A DNA stretch of 64,000 bases from a virus: IMG/VR virus record IMGVR_UViG_3300045988_101307, positions 24,894-88,893 of that record; one strand, 5' to 3'. Within the stretch, counting starts at the first letter, position 1. Each line of letters opens with the position of its first letter. Below, in pieces: positions 58,449 to 64,000 of this stretch. The position numbers and the translations under genes are program-made. Below the pieces are notes generated by a model. The model saw nothing but the letters and a program-made list of their open reading frames with translations, made no database searches and had not been told where the DNA came from.

Positions 58449-58756
58449 TCCTTTATTCTCCTTATCTTTAAATCGTTATTCCCACAGTATTCCTTCAACC
58501 AACTATCCGTTAGATAACGATTAACTCTATCGTATTTCTTTTTCGGACCCTTGCTCCAGAATTTCCATTCGTTTGTGATATTGTACCCATATTTATCAAA
58601 CCAATGGATATAATACACTACGTTACCGTACAAATCCACTCTTTTTCTTTCCTGTATGACTACCTCGTAAGGTATCTTCTTGTCTCTTTTCTCCATCTTT
58701 GTCCTCCTTTCTTGAATAAAAAAACGGCACCTATCTTCGCAGACCAGTGCCGGCAA
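58445..58756 (-). CDS. Hypothetical protein (103 aa).
   Basis: ORF. Confidence 0.45.
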   Translation of the reverse strand: MPALVCEDRCRFFIQERRTKMEKRDKKIPYEVVIQERKRVDLYGNVVYYIHWFDKYGYNITNEWKFWSKGPKKKYDRVNRYLTDSWLKEYCGNNDLKIRRIKE

Positions 58757-58773
58757 CTAACTCGCATGGAAAA

Positions 58774-59184
58774 CTACTTAACCTCAACTAATTCTACAGA
58801 GCTGTAGAATTTAGTGAAGCTACCAACAAATTCTCTTATATCTTTATATTCTTCTGGTCGTTTTCTGTTACCGTCTTTTATATAATTTACCCACAGTCTA
58901 TCCTCTATGCTCTTAATCGCATTTTCTATAGTAAATTCGTCGCTGACACACATTAAACACGAAGACCCTGTTTTCTTATGTGGTTTATATACCCTTGAAA
59001 AAGACCACATTTTTATCCTGTCGTATATATATCCGTTGTTTGGATAAACGAATCCTATCCGGCTGTCACCTTCTTTGGCATAAAATACACCTGGCTCCTT
59101 CCCGCCCTTTCTATATACTACGAATCCTTTTTCTTTTAGGATCTTAACCACTTTATTTAATTTATTTTCTACGTTCATTTTCAT
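58774..59184 (-). CDS. Hypothetical protein (136 aa).
   Basis: ORF. Confidence 0.5.
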   Translation of the reverse strand: MKMNVENKLNKVVKILKEKGFVVYRKGGKEPGVFYAKEGDSRIGFVYPNNGYIYDRIKMWSFSRVYKPHKKTGSSCLMCVSDEFTIENAIKSIEDRLWVNYIKDGNRKRPEEYKDIREFVGSFTKFYSSVELVEVK

Positions 59185-59635
59185 GCAAAAATTTAAAAAC
59201 GACCTTCATTATAGTTGCGAAGTTCTCCACCTTAACCCACTCGTGAGCTACTGCTCTAAGTACGGATGTTTCGTATGTCGGAATATCGTCTTCTTCAACC
59301 ACCTTACAAGAAGCCAGAACTCCTTCAGTCGGCTTTAGTCCGAGGTCATGCAGCTCGCAGAGACCGCCCGGCTGGCGGAATGCGCACCACCCGTCTTTCT
59401 CTGTTGGCTGGATCATCGCTATTGGTTTTTCTTTCACTGCAAGATACCCTACCATCCACATTGTTTCTTTTAACCTGTCAGCGTATCCGGCATCTATGAT
59501 AGCCTCTATGTCTTTTGGCGTACCAATACAAGGAACTTTACACATGTTTTTACATTTATCACATGTACAAGGTTGCTCCCATCTGTTATGATCTATGCCC
59601 ACCAACTTCTTTATCCGTTCTACTTCTTCTTTCAT
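59162..59635 (-). CDS. Cys-rich hypothetical protein (157 aa).
   Basis: ORF with CTCDKCKNMC ... C. Confidence 0.5.
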   Translation of the reverse strand: MKEEVERIKKLVGIDHNRWEQPCTCDKCKNMCKVPCIGTPKDIEAIIDAGYADRLKETMWMVGYLAVKEKPIAMIQPTEKDGWCAFRQPGGLCELHDLGLKPTEGVLASCKVVEEDDIPTYETSVLRAVAHEWVKVENFATIMKVVFKFLHENERRK

Positions 59636-59636
59636 A

Positions 59637-59918
59637 TTATACTATCTCTGTTAGTTTTTCATAATACAACTTCATTTCCGGTGAAGCATATTCCATGAAT
59701 GCTTCGAATAAGTAGGGTACCTCTATTATCATATTCACATTACAACCTTCTGCCTGTGAAAGAGATTCAAGATCATTGCTGTATGAACACGTTACATGAG
59801 CTCCTACATTAAACACATGTAAATCTAATCTTACATATTCCATACATAAATCTAACGCTTTAAACAAGTTTTCTACCTCAATCTCCTGAAATAGGTCTAT
59901 AAACATCCTTAAATCCAT
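59637..59918 (-). CDS. Hypothetical protein (93 aa).
   Basis: ORF. Confidence 0.45.
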   Translation of the reverse strand: MDLRMFIDLFQEIEVENLFKALDLCMEYVRLDLHVFNVGAHVTCSYSNDLESLSQAEGCNVNMIIEVPYLFEAFMEYASPEMKLYYEKLTEIV

Positions 59919-60301
59919 TATTTTACTACCCTTTCTATGTGTTTAATTAATACTACTGCCATCCCCTTACCTGTTTTTATCGCACATTCCGATCCTTTTA
60001 TCCATTCTACACACCCTACATACTTTTCTGTAGAATGAAATCCGGGATTGTATTTTCCAGATGTACTGAACTCTACCGTATCCCCTACCTTCAGATCATC
60101 AAAAGCAATAGACCATGTGGTCCAAATTCTATCATGTCTCCCAGGCTGAATGGCTTCGATTGCGCCTTTTTTACGACCGTTTTTTATCGCTCTTAGTATT
60201 ATCTTTCTATCACCTTCGATAAGGCTGCAAAAGCGCCCGTAAAAGGTTAAATCAACCTGTTTTTCTCCTATTTCTTCTCTTATTTTTGTTATTCTGTTCA
60301 T
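59918..60301 (-). CDS. Hypothetical protein (127 aa).
   Basis: ORF. Confidence 0.5.
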   Translation of the reverse strand: MNRITKIREEIGEKQVDLTFYGRFCSLIEGDRKIILRAIKNGRKKGAIEAIQPGRHDRIWTTWSIAFDDLKVGDTVEFSTSGKYNPGFHSTEKYVGCVEWIKGSECAIKTGKGMAVVLIKHIERVVK

Positions 60302-60545
60302 TTTCTGATTTTGTTTTATTTTTTTCTTTGTTTTTTCTATCTTCTATAGAAGATGATAATAACATTATCTTTTCTATGTTACTTTTTGACTGTAAAAAAG
60401 AATCGCATTTCATTACTACTACCACCTTCTTAAGTTCCCCATTATCGTATAGCGATACACGCATCATGTTTTGCACCTCGTCCACTATCAGACCTGGAGT
60501 AGTCTTAGCCATTTTGCGTAGCTTATTATACTCCGGTCTTTCCAT
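60252..60545 (-). CDS. Hypothetical protein with a basic Lys/Asn-rich tail (97 aa).
   Basis: ORF. Confidence 0.4.
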   Translation of the reverse strand: MERPEYNKLRKMAKTTPGLIVDEVQNMMRVSLYDNGELKKVVVVMKCDSFLQSKSNIEKIMLLSSSIEDRKNKEKNKTKSENEQNNKNKRRNRRKTG

Positions 60546-60810
60546 TTCCTCTGTTTATTACTCTATAGTATTTATCCTTATCCCCTTCTTTCAACTTCTC
60601 CAGATAGAAAATTCCATCATGTAAATGAGACAAACAAAACCTGTATCCGTATTTCTGTACTCTTCTTACATGATCTCGCAGTCTTATCTCTTCACTTTTG
60701 TCTTGTACTTTGATCTTAATACTGTCTCCTTCTTTGATTGTGTATAAAATAGTTTGAATCTCTTCTTTTTTCATCTTATAAAATATTTTAACGGCAGCAC
60801 CTATACTCAC
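60526..60810 (-). CDS. Hypothetical protein (94 aa).
   Basis: ORF. Confidence 0.45.
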   Translation of the reverse strand: MSIGAAVKIFYKMKKEEIQTILYTIKEGDSIKIKVQDKSEEIRLRDHVRRVQKYGYRFCLSHLHDGIFYLEKLKEGDKDKYYRVINRGNGKTGV

Positions 60811-60837
60811 GCACCACTACTGCCTTATGTTTAACAA

Positions 60838-61647
60838 TTAAATACTTAACTCTTCAATGGTCAAGCCTTTTTCTTTTGCCCACTTTAGCATCGCGCATAA
60901 TTCTGTTTCTGACTTATATTTCGGATCACGCCACGCCCATCCGAATTTATCCAGGACATGATGATATAATTCGTCGGCCTTTGCCGTGTAAATGTCTTTG
61001 AATAAATGCTCCGAACCTTCCGGTATAAGCATCTCTGTTGTTGCAAAATCGGAATACGACAAACATCCGTAAACATATTCTGTTATTTCACTCCATGCTT
61101 CTCCGGCTTTAAATCCAAATTCTTTTACAAAAGCCAAAGTTAGATACATATTTAATAATATTGTTACATCATATCCCGAATCTGACTTTCTTTCTATTAT
61201 TTTCTTTTCAAATTCCTTTAAATCTTCAGGCCCTAAAAAGATGTATCCTGATACCGACCGGCAATTAGCCTCCGCATACTTCTTGCATTTATCATCATTG
61301 GCAATCTTACCAATGTTAGATAACATCTTTTGCCTCCATTCATCACAAAACTCTACCCTTACATCCATCCAATCAGTACCATAATTGCGATCTTTTGGAT
61401 GTCCGACCGATATTACCTTTATGTTATTCACACCATATTCATAAAGGCGTTCGCCCACCTTATTCGCCCATTCCTGTACAAAAGGAATAAACTTATTGCA
61501 ATAAGAATCAAAATCAAAATCTAATTCCTCCTCATATTCCGGCATCTCTTCATAATCTTGTTCAAAGAAATAGCGAGGATCTGCTATTGTTTCATAGAAA
61601 CTTACGTTAATGAAACAAAACTCGTTGGTTGTCGTTTTTAATATCAT
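60838..61647 (-). CDS. Hypothetical protein (269 aa).
   Basis: ORF. Confidence 0.55.
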   Translation of the reverse strand: MILKTTTNEFCFINVSFYETIADPRYFFEQDYEEMPEYEEELDFDFDSYCNKFIPFVQEWANKVGERLYEYGVNNIKVISVGHPKDRNYGTDWMDVRVEFCDEWRQKMLSNIGKIANDDKCKKYAEANCRSVSGYIFLGPEDLKEFEKKIIERKSDSGYDVTILLNMYLTLAFVKEFGFKAGEAWSEITEYVYGCLSYSDFATTEMLIPEGSEHLFKDIYTAKADELYHHVLDKFGWAWRDPKYKSETELCAMLKWAKEKGLTIEELSI

Positions 61648-61898
61648 AACTTTTTGTATTTACGTACATTTTTCTTGCCATAGAATCTACATATGGCACG
61701 AATCTGACTATAAAATACTTTTGTCCTCCTGGCCTCAAAGTATTTAAACATTTCTTCATTCTTTGTTTCCCAAACGTAATCCGTTTGGGAACTCATGTGA
61801 TTTTTGTCCTTGCGTGAATAATGGTAATATGATACCACAACACGTTTCGCACCATTCTTTACAGGTACGATATTCACATCTATGTTATTATCTGTCAT
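61644..61898 (-). CDS. Hypothetical protein (84 aa).
   Basis: ORF. Confidence 0.45.
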   Translation of the reverse strand: MTDNNIDVNIVPVKNGAKRVVVSYYHYSRKDKNHMSSQTDYVWETKNEEMFKYFEARRTKVFYSQIRAICRFYGKKNVRKYKKL

Positions 61899-61974
61899 AT
61901 TATTATTGTTTTATGTTATTTAATGGTAATACTGATCCCATTTATGTGTCAGATGATAATTAAACATTATATTT

Positions 61975-62100
61975 GCCCTGTCTTGCGACCTCGGAAGGGC
62001 ATTTCCGAGTTGGAAAGTACGGGTGATTCCAACGATTGTAAAACCGGGGGGGTTCCGTACGTTTGTATCCAAGAATCCCGTTTGCTTTAGCGATGGGAGT
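61975..62100 (-). ncRNA. Candidate structured RNA / regulatory leader. A GC-rich island carries mutually exclusive stems (gtacgg/ccgtac, gttggaa/ttccaac, tcggaa/ttccga).
   Basis: Three perfect 6-7-bp inverted repeats arranged so that alternative folds are possible. Located in a 312-nt gap. Overlaps a doubtful 73-aa ORF (61920-62141). Confidence 0.25.
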
Positions 62101-62210
62101 ATGTCAAGCATTATACAAATACAAAGAGCGCATACCTTCACAGGCCGGCGCTCCTTTCAATAAAAATGAAAAAACTAATATTACATAAACATATTGTTTT
62201 CTACTCTTTA

Positions 62211-62444
62211 TTACAATACTTTTGTTCCGCAATTATTATATCTTCCGTACTCTTTTTTCGTATCATTCAAGATTTCAAAAACCATCTTCTTGTGATCTTC
62301 GTTTGGTAACCTATCCTTAACAGCCGATATTACGCCCGCTATAGACGTAAAGCCTGAATCTGTTATTGAACACAGCAACACGCCTCTGTCGGCTCCGGTG
62401 CTTATTGCTGACGCCTTTATAATATCATTCTTATATATTCTCAT
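62211..62444 (-). CDS. Hypothetical protein (77 aa), flanked on both sides by structured GC-rich non-coding DNA.
   Basis: ORF. Confidence 0.45.
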   Translation of the reverse strand: MRIYKNDIIKASAISTGADRGVLLCSITDSGFTSIAGVISAVKDRLPNEDHKKMVFEILNDTKKEYGRYNNCGTKVL

Positions 62445-62608
62445 AACTTTTTTGTTTTATTGTTTGTGAGATAACCAGGACCGGCACATACGCACCGGCA
62501 CGCCGCGTCATCCCCTCTATGATGCAGAAATAGGCATGCCTATCCTCACGAACCGACATGCCAAAACCCAAAACTTAATTTGATGAATAAAATAGATTAA
62601 CAAAAATA

Positions 62609-62923
62609 CTATTCTAATTCTTTTATAATATCTTTCACAATATTCAGCCTTACCTCCTTCGTTTCTGGACTAAGACAACCAAACCACCCATAAAACGTTC
62701 TTGTTTCCTCTGGTTCTGTGGCCATACTTATCTTCTCCTCCAATTCCGGGAAATATATTCTCACCATTTCGTCTGAACGAAACTCATAGATATTTTTATG
62801 TGTTTTGAAATACATAAACACTACATTTCTTAACGCAACACATATGTATTCCCCATCCTCTAACCTATCAATCATCTCATATACCTTTTTCCATATGAAT
62901 AATCGCTCTTCTTTTGTAAACAT
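62609..62923 (-). CDS. Hypothetical protein (104 aa).
   Basis: ORF. Confidence 0.45.
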   Translation of the reverse strand: MFTKEERLFIWKKVYEMIDRLEDGEYICVALRNVVFMYFKTHKNIYEFRSDEMVRIYFPELEEKISMATEPEETRTFYGWFGCLSPETKEVRLNIVKDIIKELE

Positions 62924-62931
62924 ATCTTTCT

Positions 62932-63279
62932 TTATTTTTGTGGTATTATTTGACTGTACGCAGACTTTTCCATGTACACAATACTATGCTCCTGTCCAAG
63001 TATTTTCTTTGCTGCTTCTTTCTTTATCGCGCAATATCTCCCTGTACGATACGGATTCTTTTGATCTGATCCATCCTCAACTTCGATAATAAAACAACCT
63101 CCGTCATCTATTATCTTTTTGCAATTGTCACATATTTCTCCCGTGCATATATGATGCGGCGCCTGCCCTTTGATGTTATTCCCTAATAAAGCAATCCCCA
63201 TCTCTTCACCGCATACTATGCATAGTTCTATGGATGGATTCAACCCATGCTCTGGATGCAATACAATACCGTCTTTCAT
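62932..63279 (-). CDS. Zn-ribbon hypothetical protein (115 aa; CIVCG ... CDNC).
   Basis: ORF. Confidence 0.5.
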   Translation of the reverse strand: MKDGIVLHPEHGLNPSIELCIVCGEEMGIALLGNNIKGQAPHHICTGEICDNCKKIIDDGGCFIIEVEDGSDQKNPYRTGRYCAIKKEAAKKILGQEHSIVYMEKSAYSQIIPQK

Positions 63280-63680
63280 TTTCTATCCTCCTTTATTAAT
63301 TCTATTATAAACTTTTTATCTTGTTCCCACAATGGCAGCCCTTCTTTTACTGTGTATGCCACTGTTTCCCTCTCTCCTATTAATCGCACGGCAATCTCTC
63401 TTGCTTTCAAGTCATCCTCCTCATGCGATTTGTTTATTAAATCATAGGCACATGATTCCACCTTTTGCCTTTCGATTATTATCGAACCCATTAACTCGCT
63501 TATATGCGATCCTAAAAACGATAAGACATTAATAGCTTTCCCAATATCATTTGAAATAGCACTTGCTAAATACATCTTATCCATATACTCCGGCAAAGCC
63601 TCGTATGCCGTTTCTATGTTTTTATACTGATTTTCGTTTACCTCCCTTTTAATCAGTTCTTCAAATTCTTCTTTTAACAT
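63276..63680 (-). CDS. Hypothetical protein (134 aa).
   Basis: ORF. Confidence 0.5.
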   Translation of the reverse strand: MLKEEFEELIKREVNENQYKNIETAYEALPEYMDKMYLASAISNDIGKAINVLSFLGSHISELMGSIIIERQKVESCAYDLINKSHEEDDLKAREIAVRLIGERETVAYTVKEGLPLWEQDKKFIIELIKEDRK

Positions 63681-63711
63681 GTTCTTCCCTATTTTAATGT
63701 TGTGTGAGATC

Positions 63712-63760
63712 GCCGGAATCGAACCAGCCTACCGCACCATGAATCCCATAAAGCAAATGC
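63712..63760 (-). other. tRNA-like fragment. Canonical T-arm (GCTGG-TTCGATT-CCGGC) plus a GGTAG D-loop-like element, but no complete cloverleaf. Possible tRNA remnant or attachment-site-like sequence.
   Basis: Minus-strand sequence GGTGCGGTAGGCTGGTTCGATTCCGGCGATCTCA. The acceptor 5' strand (needs TGAGATC) is present only as TGAGAAGATC. No anticodon arm could be fitted. Confidence 0.25.
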
Positions 63761-64000
63761 TCCGATCTTCTCAGACGGGAGCATTCTGTCTAAAGCATAA
63801 GAAAATTAATGAAGAAATTTTTCTCACTTACGCCATAGCATCTAAAATAGCTATCAGCACTATTTCTATGACAAACATAATAGAAAATATCTTAAATGCC
63901 TTTTTCATATCGCTATCTCCTCCTTTTTATTTTTTTTAGTTCCACAATAAACTGTTCCGGCTCTGCTCCGACCTACGTTCCACCTACAACCGCAGGCCTT

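Noticed and set aside
61920-62141. 73-aa minus-strand ORF in the 312-nt gap.
   Set aside because: Its sequence is dominated by the nested GC-rich inverted repeats. It is more consistent with structured RNA or regulatory DNA than with coding. Kept only as an alternative.
63679-63939. Plus-strand 86-aa ORF at the window end.
   Set aside because: It overlaps the tRNA-like element and lies antisense to the minus-strand block in an AT-rich region with no start context. Likely spurious.
1-64000. Genome-wide stop-codon reassignment (TAG or TGA recoding, as in some crAss-like phages and Lak phages).
   Set aside because: All large genes (2140, 752, 566, 556, 473 aa) are uninterrupted, so fragmentation is not general. 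Only the local 8129-9226 same-frame ORF series is noted separately.
1-64000. CRISPR array, rRNA, integrase or transposase.
   Set aside because: No regularly spaced direct repeats, no rRNA-like conserved stretches, and no tyrosine- or serine-recombinase or DDE motifs were seen in any frame.

Overview
The window reads as a contiguous tailed dsDNA phage or prophage genome segment, AT-rich, apparently from a Bacteroidota host. Evidence for the host: several plus-strand genes are preceded by the Bacteroidetes -7 promoter motif TAnnTTTG, and the coding style is AT-rich throughout. The window has two transcriptional blocks that converge near 21.3 kb at a bidirectional hairpin terminator.

Block 1 (1-21305, plus strand) is made of gene modules, each delimited by a rho-independent terminator and a promoter. 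It holds three medium/large proteins of unknown function (556, 195 and 752 aa), a T5orf172/Bro-N-like protein, a bizarre Gly/Gln/Asn/Cys-rich membrane protein, an RG-repeat protein, about a dozen small ORFs, and a 2140-aa giant protein (13307-19729). Two genes with MRRRF N-termini follow; the second is interrupted by a G9 homopolymer.

Block 2 (21395-63680, minus strand) is a ~42 kb array of about 90 tightly packed, often start/stop-overlapping genes typical of a phage early/replication region. Recognisable products: C5-cytosine DNA methyltransferase, HNH homing endonuclease, MazG-like dNTP pyrophosphohydrolase, SF2 (DEAH) helicase, Cas4-like PD-(D/E)XK Fe-S nuclease, DnaB-family replicative helicase, Zn-finger/TOPRIM-like primase, a second RecB-like nuclease, NinG-like Zn protein, a stand-alone ABC-type ATPase, a DUF1566 (C-type-lectin-like) protein, and a minimal nucleotidyltransferase-fold protein.

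The most unusual content is a flotillin (SPFH) + NfeD + acyl carrier protein cluster embedded in the replication block. Other points of interest are the G9-interrupted putative receptor-binding gene, a DUF1566 gene whose GC-rich C-terminus looks like a DGR variable region, a tandem paralog pair, and several GC-rich structured non-coding islands.

No rRNA, CRISPR array, integrase, reverse transcriptase or complete tRNA was found. One tRNA-like T-arm fragment lies near 63.7 kb. All functional calls are from motif recognition by eye, not database searches.
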